Assembly: GCA_965249725.1 (NCBI GenBank) | Contig: CBDFMQ010000002.1 | Span: 1,600,001 to 1,664,000, forward strand | Origin: Longimicrobiales bacterium | Lineage (GTDB): Bacteria; Gemmatimonadota; Gemmatimonadetes; Longimicrobiales; Gaopeijiaceae | Reading direction: 5' to 3' | Length of the DNA stretch: 64,000 nt | In this document: one piece after another, positions 38,549 through 48,165 of the stretch | Layout of the letters: each line of letters begins with the position of its first letter | Numbering within the stretch: position 1 is the first letter of the stretch | The notes under the pieces: model-generated | Seen by the model: only the letters and a program-made list of their open reading frames with translations | What the model was told of the DNA's origin: nothing | Databases searched by the model: none | Translations under genes and position numbers: made by a program

Positions 38549-40591
38549 TTAGTCTCGGAGGGCCCTTAGCCGCTCCGTGACGTCCGCGAAGTTGATATCC
38601 AGGGAGAACACCCTGTCGTAAAACTCTACCGCCAGGTCCTTGTTCCCAACAGACTCGTGGGCCATGCCCAGGTAGTAGTAGATGCCCATCAGCTCGTCTT
38701 CGATCTCGAACGGCGCATCCAGGGCCCGGGTGAGCGATCTCAACGCGGCCTCGGGCTCGTTCTTGTCGAGGAAGGTCTGACCGAGGAGCTCGTAGGTGGG
38801 CAGGTGGTCCGCCGACGCGCGCAGCGCCTGCTGGTATTCCGCAATCGCTTCGTCTAGCAGACCCATCTCCCTGAAGGCCGTACCCAGGTCGTAGTGTGCC
38901 GTGGCGTCATCGGCCCCGATGTTCTCGGACACCTTCTCACGGAACTGAGAGAGCATCTTCTGGAAGTCGGCCGATTCGTCTCCGGTCGGCTCCTCATACG
39001 CCACCACGAAGCGGGTCGTCTTTTCTTCCTCGTCCCCTAGGAGCATCGAGCCCAGATCCACATAGGACTCGGCCGACGAGACTTCCTGGGCCGCATCCGC
39101 AGTCTCTCCGGTGATCTGGGCCAACCCTGCCTTCGCACGCTCATTGGCCGGATCCGATGTCAGGGCCTGCTCGAATACGGCTTTGGCCCGCTGGTCCTGG
39201 CCGGCTCGCAGCAGGCACTCGGCCAGACCGGCGTAGGCCTCCGCGAGCGCGCCCGAGTCATTGGAGCGGAACGCGTACTCCACCATGCGCTGATGGTGAT
39301 TCTGTTCGTCGGGTTCCGCCTCGACCACCGACGCGAGCGCTTCGATCGCGCCGAGGAAGTCTCCCGTGGCGGCGAGGGCCTCGTGCTCCGACGCGGCCTC
39401 CTCGTCCTTGGCGTCGGCAACGGACTCTTCCATGGCCGCTTCGAGCGGATCCTCCGCCTCGGACTCATCGGCCGACGCCTCGACCTCGACGAGCGCCTCG
39501 TCCTCCTCGTCGCCGGGTTCTCCGTCGCCCGACTCGGCCAGGTCCGCAGTCACCTCGGCCGGCGCCACGGTGTCCTCAGCGTCGTCGTCGAAGGACATGA
39601 GAGGCAGTTCGGTGAGCGAGTCCTCCAACTCATCGTCCTCGTCGTCGTCGTCGTCGATAGCCAGACCACCTGCGACTACCTGTACCTCGTCTTCGGCCTC
39701 CGGCTCTGCCCCACCGTCATCCTCCAGGCCTCCGAAGTCCAGATCGTCCCCGGATTCTAATCCGGCAGTAGCCGCCTCAGCCTCCTGGTCCTCCTCGTCG
39801 GCCTCTTCCTCGTCTCCGAGGTCGAATCCGCCGAAGTCGGCCTCGATCTCTGCCGGGGCGTCCGCTGGGGCGTCCGCTGGGGTGTCCACGTCGACACCAC
39901 CGGGCTCATCGAAGCCCATCGCACCCAGATCGCCTTCCTCGCCGGCCTCCGCCGCAAGGCCCGCCATCGGCGCGGGCTCCATGGTTGCGTTGGGGTCGAT
40001 CTCCATGATCTGGGCCTCGACCGCAGCGGCCTCTTCCGCGAGTCCCTGCCGCATCATGATGTGATGGGCATCGGTGAGCTGCCGAACGGCCTCGGTCGTG
40101 CGCTCATGCTGCGCGAGTTGTCCCCCGAGCAACTGTCTGATCTCGTAGTCGTCGGGGGCCAGCTCGACGAATTCGATGAGGGCACGGAAGGCCTCATCGG
40201 TGTCGCCCGCAGCCTGCACGCGCTCGGCGTAGGTGATGAAGCTCGAGCGAGCATCGGTGATGAAGCCCTGAGCCGCACGGATCTGACCCATCTTGAGGTG
40301 GATCGAGTACCGATCCGGCAGGTTGCGCATCACCTTCTTGCAGACGGCGATGGCATTGTTGGGCAGCTCGGCCTCGACGTAATAGTCGACGGCCTTCTCG
40401 TAGAAACTCACCGCCTGGGTGGAAGCGCCCGTCCGGGTCGCCAAATCGCCCGCCCGGTTGAAAAGGCCGATGTCCGGCGCGTCGTCGTCAGACAGGCGGT
40501 CCATGGCCTTGATGTACAGATCCAGCGCCTTCTGCCACTGCTCGTTCTGCTCGTGGCGCCGGGCCTGCTCTTTTAGCGCTTCTACGCTCAT
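38549..40591 (-). CDS. Large TPR protein with acidic linker (SgmX-like architecture)
   Basis: N-terminal TPR array, long Asp/Glu-rich region, C-terminal ATAHYDLGTAFREMGLLDEAI TPRs ending INFADVTERL. Confidence 0.85.
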   Translation of the reverse strand: MSVEALKEQARRHEQNEQWQKALDLYIKAMDRLSDDDAPDIGLFNRAGDLATRTGASTQAVSFYEKAVDYYVEAELPNNAIAVCKKVMRNLPDRYSIHLKMGQIRAAQGFITDARSSFITYAERVQAAGDTDEAFRALIEFVELAPDDYEIRQLLGGQLAQHERTTEAVRQLTDAHHIMMRQGLAEEAAAVEAQIMEIDPNATMEPAPMAGLAAEAGEEGDLGAMGFDEPGGVDVDTPADAPADAPAEIEADFGGFDLGDEEEADEEDQEAEAATAGLESGDDLDFGGLEDDGGAEPEAEDEVQVVAGGLAIDDDDDEDDELEDSLTELPLMSFDDDAEDTVAPAEVTADLAESGDGEPGDEEDEALVEVEASADESEAEDPLEAAMEESVADAKDEEAASEHEALAATGDFLGAIEALASVVEAEPDEQNHHQRMVEYAFRSNDSGALAEAYAGLAECLLRAGQDQRAKAVFEQALTSDPANERAKAGLAQITGETADAAQEVSSAESYVDLGSMLLGDEEEKTTRFVVAYEEPTGDESADFQKMLSQFREKVSENIGADDATAHYDLGTAFREMGLLDEAIAEYQQALRASADHLPTYELLGQTFLDKNEPEAALRSLTRALDAPFEIEDELMGIYYYLGMAHESVGNKDLAVEFYDRVFSLDINFADVTERLRALRD
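39851..39886. repeat. Degenerate 12-bp tandem repeat x3 (DTPA/DAPA/DAPA)
   Basis: TGCCGGGGCGTC, CGCTGGGGCGTC, CGCTGGGGTGTC. Confidence 0.7.
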
Positions 40592-40802
40592 CTACTCACG
40601 CTCGAATTCGAGACTCCCCACCCACCCGCACGTTCACATCGGTACGTAGCTGGACTTCGGAAATAACTCACGGAATGAAGAGCACTAATCTGTGTGCAAC
40701 AGCCGGGAACACAAGGGGATAGACCATGAGGGCCAATGCGAACGCCCCCGATGGCCAAAGCCACCGGAGGCGTCCTATGGACTCGACCGACGCCAGGGCG
40801 CC

Positions 40803-41927
40803 TCAGCGACCCACCAGCTGCGGGTTCCCGGCCTGGAGCTGGTAGGCCCAGTCGAAGATCATGATCTCCGCACCCGTCTGATCGGTGCCCAGCAGAGCGA
40901 CCCGAATCGTGCCGTAATGGATCTGACCGTCGTCGCCCACGACCCGCAGCATGTACGACAGTTCCGGCTCGAGGAACATGTCGCCGCCCACATATCCCGA
41001 GGTAGGGGCAGTCGTCCAATCTTGGCACTGGGCGTCCGCCGCCACGCCACACTTCAGCGCGGTGGTGTAGGAGCCCTCGGGAAAGATGTCCGCGGCCGGC
41101 CCCGGAACGAGCCACCAGCCATCAACATCCGTCTCGAGCCGGAAGTGCCGTGCCGACGAGGTCCCACTCATGACGGGATCCTGTTGGTCCGACTCGGCGA
41201 ACCGGAAACCTGATCTAGCCGGATCGTCCGCGAAGGAACGTAGGAGCTCTCCGCGGAAATCGGGCCTGGGAGTCGCAGCGTTGTCGAAGCTGTCTCGACT
41301 TTCGTGGCCGTAGATGTCTACGGAAGACAACACGTACGCCGAGGTGACTCCGTTCTCGGCCAACTCGTCCAGGAAACCCTCCGAGTCGGTCTCGCCAAGA
41401 AGGGTCGATCCGTCGTCGGTCAGCAGGTACACCCGGTAGTGGGCGAAATCGCTCACGGAACGAGCGTTGTCGCTCCAGCGGATGTAGTTGGTGTTGTCCA
41501 GACCCACCACCTCCACACCCGAGGGCACGGGCGGCGCACTGAACGACGGAACCGAGACCAGGATCACGCCGTCCGAATCCGTCTCGGCGCCGGTGTCGGG
41601 GTCGACGGCCGACACGAAGTACTCGTATCCGACCGACTCGATGATGTTCGTGTCCGTGTACTCACACGCGCCGTCGACACAACTCGTCACCTCGGCGATC
41701 ACGAGGTACGAGGAGTCGCCCACGCGACGGCCGTAGACCCGGAAGGACTCCCCGTTCCACTGTGCCGCCAGAAACCACGTGAGCGTGATCGCTTGGTTGT
41801 AGTACTCACCGTCGAGGGCTTCCGGCGGGGCCGGAAAGTCCTCGACGGGAATGAAGATCGTGTCCTCGGTATCACAGGCGCCCAGCAGCAGAGCCACCCC
41901 CACCGCCACAAAGAACCGTTTCCACAT
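40803..41927 (-). CDS. Lipoprotein with fibronectin type III-like domains
   Basis: Lipobox LLGAC; PAPPEAL..ITLTW..FRVY..YTD..YEYFVSAVD and a second similar module. Confidence 0.78.
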   Translation of the reverse strand: MWKRFFVAVGVALLLGACDTEDTIFIPVEDFPAPPEALDGEYYNQAITLTWFLAAQWNGESFRVYGRRVGDSSYLVIAEVTSCVDGACEYTDTNIIESVGYEYFVSAVDPDTGAETDSDGVILVSVPSFSAPPVPSGVEVVGLDNTNYIRWSDNARSVSDFAHYRVYLLTDDGSTLLGETDSEGFLDELAENGVTSAYVLSSVDIYGHESRDSFDNAATPRPDFRGELLRSFADDPARSGFRFAESDQQDPVMSGTSSARHFRLETDVDGWWLVPGPAADIFPEGSYTTALKCGVAADAQCQDWTTAPTSGYVGGDMFLEPELSYMLRVVGDDGQIHYGTIRVALLGTDQTGAEIMIFDWAYQLQAGNPQLVGR

Positions 41928-41944
41928 GATTCATCTACCTCTCA

Positions 41945-41996
41945 TCGACCTCGCGCTTCGGCCTCACGCTTCTACCTCGCGCTTCTACCTCACGCT
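41945..41996. repeat. 13-bp tandem repeat TC(T/G)(A/G)CCTC(G/A)CGCT x4 in the 5' leader of the lipoprotein gene
   Basis: Units 41945-57, 41958-70, 41971-83, 41984-96. Confidence 0.85.
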
Positions 41997-42047
41997 GGGT
42001 TCCGCGCCGGGTCTCTAGGATCCCGGCGATCCTCCACCCAGGGCTAA

Positions 42048-42064
42048 TGCACAACCGATACCAA
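42048..42064 (-). promoter_or_regulatory. Putative sigma54 (-24/-12) promoter TTGGTATCGGTTGTGCA
   Basis: GG-N10-GC spacing on the minus strand, about 120 nt upstream of the lipoprotein ATG, preceded by an AT-rich tract. Confidence 0.55.
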
Positions 42065-42178
42065 AACGGAAAACCTTATAGATAAAGGGGTTTCGGCGAT
42101 CGAACCGCCTGGATCGTCCTCTGGAGAGGACAGCTTGGAAGCCCGCGAAGACAGCGCGGGGCCCTCGCTGGGAGCTCT

Positions 42179-45100
42179 CTAGTACCGGTCTCCGATATCC
42201 TGGCTGCGCTGGTCGTAGTCGAACTTCAGGTCACGGTTGTCGGTGAGGGACACCTGGAAGCGGAAGGTCCAATTCCCCGTAGCCGTCTGCAGAAAGTCGA
42301 AGTTCGCGTTCCAGCGGTGCATGTCGCGGGTGAGCCGAATGCGGTGATCGGTAAAGCTCTGGACGTCCAGGTCGTAGGATGTGCCCCACGTCAGACTCCA
42401 CCTCTCGGTAGGCCGGAGTCGGAGGCCCACCTGGACCAACTGGCTGGCCGGCAGACTCTCGTCCCGGTTCCGGCGCATTGAGTAGTTGAAGGTCGATGAC
42501 CAGGTTCCCGCAGCCCCACGAGTCCTTTGGCGCCTCCCAGCCGCCGGCGCACTCGAGCCCGGGATCACGGCCGATTCGTCACCCACCTCCACGTCACCCA
42601 GAACGTCCAACAGCGGATCCAAATCCTCTGGATCTTCCCCCAGAGCGAGCAGTGTGTCGCCCTCGGCATTCACGACGGGCTGTCGCGTGGCGGCGGGTCG
42701 GTCCGCCTCGGCCTCCTCGTCGTCATCCCCTCCGCCCAGCAGGCTCCCCAGGGCCAGCAGCACGCCCGACGTGTTGCTCACGGAGAAACTGAAGTTGAGC
42801 TGTGACAAGAGAGGCGCGAAGCTCCGCTTCCCTTCCTCGTCCGTGTCGAACAGATCGTGCTCCACCGACACGGTCATCCCCCGCAGAAAGTCGGAACTGA
42901 TCTGGTTCTGGAGGCGCGTGGTCGTGAACCCCTGAAGAAAGTCGTCTTCATCGCTGGCGCGCACGAAGTCGTAGTTGACGACGCTGGTCCGGAGCGACAA
43001 CAGGTTGAGGATCCGTGAGGCCGGCAGCCTCTCGGGCCCACCCTCCGCGTCACGTTCCTGTCTGCGCAGCGCCAGCGCTTCGGCTTCGGCCGCCAGCGAG
43101 TCAGCCCTGGCGTCCTGCAGGGAGTCCGACTGGAAGGGGTCGTCCAGGAGGTCGAAGGGATCCTCCAGATCCTCCTCGAGCTCCTCCTCGGTTCCGTCGT
43201 CCGGGCGCTTGGCTTCGAACGTCTGGTTCAGCCCGAAGCTGAGGAGATTCCTGGCCTTGGCTTCACGCGAACCGAACACGGTCTCCTGGATGAGCGTGGG
43301 CACGATCTCCGGGGCGTACGAATAGGTAAATGACGGAGAGATCTTGTGGCGAATCGCCTCGAAACCGGCGAACCCACCGTAATACCCGTAGATGTCACTC
43401 TTCAGGCGCGCGCCGAAGGAGATCCGGCGAGGCCCCGACACGAAGCTGGACGCCTCGGGGATGTCATCAGACCGCGTCGACATGCCGGAGATGCTCAGAT
43501 TGGGGGTCAGGGTGGTACTGCCGATCAGCCGCTGCTGATAGTTGAAGGCCATGCTCCACGTGACGTCGGCTTCGCTCTTATCCACGAAGCCCGTAGGAAG
43601 GGGTCCCAGGGTATCTCCGGGGAACGCCACCAAGGCGGGCAGGCCGAGCACGCTCGAGCCCCTGAAGCTGAGGTTCTGATTCCACGAGAAGTTGCCGAGG
43701 TTGAAGGCGCTGCTCACGCTGCCGTTCGTACGGTTGGCGTCGGCCAGGCTCTCGGAGAAGGTCGAGTCGGCCTGCGGTGCCCGATCGGTCGTGCTCTTGG
43801 TGTACCGGGCGCTCCCGGACCACGTCATGTTGTTGAAGAACTTCGCACGGCTCTCCGGTGCCTTGAAGAGTGTCATCGTCTTGAGGGACAGACTCGCGGT
43901 CGGCAGCGTCATCTCCACCCGATCATCGCTCAGGAACTGCCGCCGGTTGGCACTCAAAGACAGTGACCCCCAGTCGAAACGCCGGTTCACGCCTCCCTCG
44001 GAGTTGATGGACTGGGTGATCTCCCTGGGATCGAACGAGTTCTGCCTGACGAACTGCGAACTCGAGGCGTACCGGGCTGAGACCCTGAGCGAGGTGCGCT
44101 CGTCCATCTGCCAATTCTGGCCGAGATCGAAGGACAGCTCCCGGCCTCCGTCCACCCGCCAGAAGCGGCGAACGTTCGCACGCCCGTCCATGAACTTCTG
44201 CGTGTGCCGGTACCGAAATCCGCCGGTCAACGAGGTGAAATTGTCGCTCCACCAGTCCATGGCGACCGTGGCATCGGCGTAGTCGTTGATGGCCCAGAAG
44301 AACCCGACGTTGGACACCCGGCGCGTGTGGCCGCGAGACGTGCGCACGATGTCGTTGACCCCGACCCGGATGGGCAGAATGCCACTCCGCCGCCCGCTCT
44401 CCGTGCTCTGGAAGATGAAGGGGAGCCACAGGACCGGCACGTCACCGAAGTTCAGCGTGACGTTCCGGGCCACGAGCCAACTCCCTCCGATGGCCTTGAG
44501 CTCCCGGGCCGCGAAGTGATAGTGGGGCTCCTCCTCTTCACACGAGGTGAAGTTGATGTCGTGCCCGAAGACCGTGTCCGGGAGGATGGCGGGTAGATCG
44601 CCTTCCATTACCCACACCGCACCCTGCGTCAGCTTCGTCTGGGCGGCGAAGGCCGATCCCCTGCCCTCTCGCAGGTCGTAGATGATGTTCGCGCTCTGCA
44701 CAGGCTCCTCACCGGGCCTCTCGGTGGTCGTTTCGCCCGCGGTCCACACGAGGGAGTCGGCCATCGTGATGGTGTCGGCCGCCGTAATGGACTGACGCTG
44801 CTGATTGAGCTTCGCCGGGGCCCCCTCTGCTCCGACGAGGATGAGGCGCTCTTCGGTAGCGTCGAAACGCGCCTCGGACCCCTCATAGCGAGCCACGGAG
44901 TACCCTGGAAGCTCGAGGAGCTGCGCCATGAAGGTGTCGGCCGCCGCCGTGGTAGGCGTGCGGACAGGCTCTCGACCACTCAGGGAATCCCGAAACAGCG
45001 TCGAGTCCACTCCCGGCGGCTTCGCGAGCCGCTCGAGTTGATCCAGAATCCGAATCCGGGCCGAATCGACCTCCTCTTCCACCACTTGGGCCGACAGAGG

Positions 45101-45199
45101 AGCTGTGGTCACCACCATGCCCACGACAGCGCCGAGGAAGACGCCGAGCAGGGGGAGCCAACGGCCGAGGCGACGGGCGAGTCGTGCCTCGAGAATCAC
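42179..45199 (-). CDS. lptD: Putative LPS assembly protein LptD
   Basis: Signal peptide, beta-jellyroll-like N-terminus, FTSCEEEEPHYHF, VPVLWLPF, long beta-barrel ending LTRDMHRW. Confidence 0.85.
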   Translation of the reverse strand: MILEARLARRLGRWLPLLGVFLGAVVGMVVTTAPLSAQVVEEEVDSARIRILDQLERLAKPPGVDSTLFRDSLSGREPVRTPTTAAADTFMAQLLELPGYSVARYEGSEARFDATEERLILVGAEGAPAKLNQQRQSITAADTITMADSLVWTAGETTTERPGEEPVQSANIIYDLREGRGSAFAAQTKLTQGAVWVMEGDLPAILPDTVFGHDINFTSCEEEEPHYHFAARELKAIGGSWLVARNVTLNFGDVPVLWLPFIFQSTESGRRSGILPIRVGVNDIVRTSRGHTRRVSNVGFFWAINDYADATVAMDWWSDNFTSLTGGFRYRHTQKFMDGRANVRRFWRVDGGRELSFDLGQNWQMDERTSLRVSARYASSSQFVRQNSFDPREITQSINSEGGVNRRFDWGSLSLSANRRQFLSDDRVEMTLPTASLSLKTMTLFKAPESRAKFFNNMTWSGSARYTKSTTDRAPQADSTFSESLADANRTNGSVSSAFNLGNFSWNQNLSFRGSSVLGLPALVAFPGDTLGPLPTGFVDKSEADVTWSMAFNYQQRLIGSTTLTPNLSISGMSTRSDDIPEASSFVSGPRRISFGARLKSDIYGYYGGFAGFEAIRHKISPSFTYSYAPEIVPTLIQETVFGSREAKARNLLSFGLNQTFEAKRPDDGTEEELEEDLEDPFDLLDDPFQSDSLQDARADSLAAEAEALALRRQERDAEGGPERLPASRILNLLSLRTSVVNYDFVRASDEDDFLQGFTTTRLQNQISSDFLRGMTVSVEHDLFDTDEEGKRSFAPLLSQLNFSFSVSNTSGVLLALGSLLGGGDDDEEAEADRPAATRQPVVNAEGDTLLALGEDPEDLDPLLDVLGDVEVGDESAVIPGSSAPAAGRRQRTRGAAGTWSSTFNYSMRRNRDESLPASQLVQVGLRLRPTERWSLTWGTSYDLDVQSFTDHRIRLTRDMHRWNANFDFLQTATGNWTFRFQVSLTDNRDLKFDYDQRSQDIGDRY

Positions 45200-45993
45200 T
45201 TGGCTGCGACTGATCCGGTCGGCGGCTCACCACCGATCTCGTGCCGTTCCCGGCGGCGATAGATCAGAACCGAAAGGAGGATGCTGAATTCGTAGAGGAG
45301 CACGAGGGGCGCCATCATCATGACCGTCACCGTCACCACGTCGCCCGGGCTCAGGAAGCTCGCCAGCACCGTGATGATGATGATCGCGTGGCGCCTCTTC
45401 TTCCGTAGGAAAGCAGGGGTCACCAACCCGAGAGCCGAAAGGATCATGATCACCACCGGAAGCTCGAAGAGCACCCCGAAGGCCACCAGGAGCTTCGTTA
45501 CGAACCCCAGATAGGGACCCGCCTGGAGAATGGGGTCCCAGTACTCCTCACCGAAGAAGAGGAGAAAACGGAGCGTCACCGGAAGCGCCAGCCGATACGA
45601 CATCGCCACGCCCGCCGCGAAGAGTAGCAGGCCCATGTACAGGCTGGGGATGATGACTCTCCGCTCGTGACGCTCCAACGCGGGAGACAAGAAAGCCCAG
45701 ATCTGGTAGGTGATGATGGGCGACACCAGGATCACGCCCACCAGAACACCGATCTTGAGGACCAGGAAGAAGGGCTCCGTCGGCGAGAAGAACTTGAGCT
45801 TCTCCCCCTCGCCCATGACGGCCTCGAGAGGGGCCAGAAGAACCTCGAGCACGCCGAACTCGAGGACGAGCACGAAGCCCGCCACGCTCCCGATCACGAT
45901 GGCGATGAGGCTCCACAAGATCCGCCACCGGAGTTCTTCCAGGTGGTCGAGGAAGGGCATTTCGCCCCTTTTGCTTCCGGTTCGCTTCAACAT
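45196..45993 (-). CDS. tatC: Twin-arginine translocase TatC
   Basis: EMPFLDHLEELRWRI, SPTEPF, YQIWAFLSPAL, FELP, PLVLLYE. Confidence 0.96.
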   Translation of the reverse strand: MLKRTGSKRGEMPFLDHLEELRWRILWSLIAIVIGSVAGFVLVLEFGVLEVLLAPLEAVMGEGEKLKFFSPTEPFFLVLKIGVLVGVILVSPIITYQIWAFLSPALERHERRVIIPSLYMGLLLFAAGVAMSYRLALPVTLRFLLFFGEEYWDPILQAGPYLGFVTKLLVAFGVLFELPVVIMILSALGLVTPAFLRKKRRHAIIIITVLASFLSPGDVVTVTVMMMAPLVLLYEFSILLSVLIYRRRERHEIGGEPPTGSVAAK

Positions 45994-46075
45994 TGCTTGT
46001 ATAAGGAGTCTGCTGAGGCCCACCCCACTTCCTCAGCAGACCTCTGGTGTGCCGAAAAGGCGGACCCTGAAATGG

Positions 46076-46573
46076 TCAGAGCGGGAGTTCTTCCTGGTTC
46101 CGCGACCGGACCTGCTGTTCCTCCTGCGTATTCAGGTCGTGGACCACCTCTTGGAACTCACCGATGTCCTGGAAGTTCCGGTAAACCGAGGCGAATCTGA
46201 TGTAGGCCACGCGGTCGAGGGGAGCGAGGCGCTCCATGACCAATTCACCGATGCGTGAAGCAGGAACTTCGGACCGCAGCTGCCCGGTGAGGGCGTCCTC
46301 GATGCTATCCACCAGGGCGTCGATATCGTCTTGAGTCACCGGGCGTTTGGCGCACGCGATCGAGAGGCTCCGAAACAGCTTCGACCGGTCGAACTCCTCG
46401 GTCCTGCCGTCGTGCTTCAAGACGTGCAGGGGCCGCTCTTCGATGTGCTCGTAGGTGGTGAAGCGTGCCCGGCACACTGCGCACTCCCTCCGGCGTCGTA
46501 CGGCTCTTCCCCCGCGACTATCACGCGTATCGACCACTCTGTTCTCGGTCGCATCGCATTCAGGACAGCGCAT
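46076..46573 (-). CDS. nrdR: Transcriptional repressor NrdR
   Basis: MRCPEC..VVDTR..RRRRECAVC..RFTTYE, ATP cone, AYIRFASVY. Confidence 0.97.
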   Translation of the reverse strand: MRCPECDATENRVVDTRDSRGGRAVRRRRECAVCRARFTTYEHIEERPLHVLKHDGRTEEFDRSKLFRSLSIACAKRPVTQDDIDALVDSIEDALTGQLRSEVPASRIGELVMERLAPLDRVAYIRFASVYRNFQDIGEFQEVVHDLNTQEEQQVRSRNQEELPL

Positions 46574-46579
46574 CAGAGG

Positions 46580-47407
46580 TCAGCGGAGTTCCTGCAGCAG
46601 CTCCTGGGCCAGGTCCGCCGCACCGCTGTCAGGGTAGGTGTTGACCACCGTCTCGAGGTAGCGAATCGCCTCCTCGGCGTTGTCCTGGAGGGCATAGATC
46701 GCTCCAGTGCGGTACAGCGCCTGAGGCACGCGGTCATCGGTGGGATAAAGCTCCGGAATGCGCAGGAACACCTCGATGGCATCGTCCAGCTGATTCTCCT
46801 GCTCGTGGATATCTCCGAGGAAGAAATGAGCCGACGGAGCCAGACGATGGTCCGGATAGTCCACCAGGAAGCTCTCGAAGGCCCGGCGAGCCGTTCCGAG
46901 CGACCCCCGGTTTAGCTGAGCGATCGCCGCCTGGTACGTCCCATCGGCAGCGGCCGGATCCGCTCCCGAGACCTGCGTGAGAACCCCCACCGAATCGGGA
47001 TCTCGGGGCTGGAAAGAGGGGATGACTCGAGCCGACTGGGCGTCGAGACGATTCGAGAGCAGGGTGACCTCGCGTTGGATCTGTCCGGTCAACGCCGTGA
47101 GCCGTGACAACTGATCCTGAATGTCTCTGAGCTCTCGGGCGATACCGCCCCGGGAGTCGACAACCATGCCGGATTGGACCTGCAGCGTGTCCTGGATCGC
47201 CTCGATCTCAGAGACCAGGGCCTCCAATTGGCCGCTCTGGCGGTTCCCCTGCTCCTCCACCACCTCCTGCAAGGCACGCAGGTCGCCCTTCGTGGCACAG
47301 CCCGATACGGAGGCGACCATGACCAGCAAAAGAAACACCCCTCCCCCACGGCCACCTCTACCGCGGCAAAGCGCGGTGAGGAGGCCGGAGGGAGGGGTAG
47401 ATCTCAT
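46580..47407 (-). CDS. cpoB: Tol-Pal TPR protein CpoB/YbgF
   Basis: Lipobox-like VSGC, coiled coil, C-terminal TPRs (YPDHRLAPSAHFFLG..YPDSGAADLA); follows pal. Confidence 0.88.
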   Translation of the reverse strand: MRSTPPSGLLTALCRGRGGRGGGVFLLLVMVASVSGCATKGDLRALQEVVEEQGNRQSGQLEALVSEIEAIQDTLQVQSGMVVDSRGGIARELRDIQDQLSRLTALTGQIQREVTLLSNRLDAQSARVIPSFQPRDPDSVGVLTQVSGADPAAADGTYQAAIAQLNRGSLGTARRAFESFLVDYPDHRLAPSAHFFLGDIHEQENQLDDAIEVFLRIPELYPTDDRVPQALYRTGAIYALQDNAEEAIRYLETVVNTYPDSGAADLAQELLQELR

Positions 47408-47426
47408 ATGGCCTCCGACCGGATCG

Positions 47427-48062
47427 TTACGGCTGGTCCTGGTCGTCCTCGCTCACCACGATCGTGCCGCCCGTGATCACGAACTCGACACGGCGGTTCC
47501 GAGCCCAGGCCGCCTCGTCGCTGCGATTGACCAAGGGTCGGTCTTCACCGAACGACGTCGTCGTGAACCGATCGGCGGAGATGCCGAAGCCCGACAGGAA
47601 ACTGCGCACACTCTCCGCGCGCCGGCTTCCCAGGGCCAGGTTGTACTCCGTCGATCCACGTTCATCGGCGTGGCCTTCCATCCGGATACGGACGGTCGGG
47701 CTGTTCCGCAGAATCGGGATCTTCCGTCGCAGCACCTGCTCTGCATCATCCCGGATTTCGGACATATCGTAGTCGAAGTTCACCATCTCTTCGAGCGTGG
47801 ACCGAGCCTCGCGACGCGCACGATCCTGCGCGGCACGCTCGCGGTCGGCCGCTTCCTGCTCGGCTCTACGACGGGCATCTTCGGCGGCGCGAGCAGCGGA
47901 GATCGAATCAGCACGGCGCTGTGCAAGCTCCTCAGCGGTCGGTCCCGTGGGAGCCGGAGGCGGTGCTTGCTGGGAACAGGCGCCAAGTACGATTGCGACT
48001 GCCAAACCCGGCACGAGTAGGTCTTTGATCCTCATTCCCGATCCTGTCGTGGGAGTGTCCAT
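47427..48062 (-). CDS. pal: Peptidoglycan-associated lipoprotein Pal
   Basis: LGAC lipobox, VNFDYD, EGHADERGSTEYNLALGSRRA, NRRVEF. Confidence 0.95.
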   Translation of the reverse strand: MDTPTTGSGMRIKDLLVPGLAVAIVLGACSQQAPPPAPTGPTAEELAQRRADSISAARAAEDARRRAEQEAADRERAAQDRARREARSTLEEMVNFDYDMSEIRDDAEQVLRRKIPILRNSPTVRIRMEGHADERGSTEYNLALGSRRAESVRSFLSGFGISADRFTTTSFGEDRPLVNRSDEAAWARNRRVEFVITGGTIVVSEDDQDQP

Positions 48063-48165
48063 GTTTTAGGGCTCGTTCGTCCCGGCGAGCCGCTTCTTAA
48101 ACGCTTGCGTTGACACGCGTTTGGGCCCCCTGAGGGAGACCAGGCGGTCTAAGGCATATACCCAA

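Noticed and set aside
40679..40690. TTAGTGCTC resembling a CIRCE half-site
   Set aside because: Does not match TTAGCACTC, has no partner 9 nt away, and is not near chaperone genes
46008..46041. 11-bp perfect stem between nrdR and tatC as a terminator
   Set aside because: 12-nt loop and no U-tract on the coding strand; function cannot be supported
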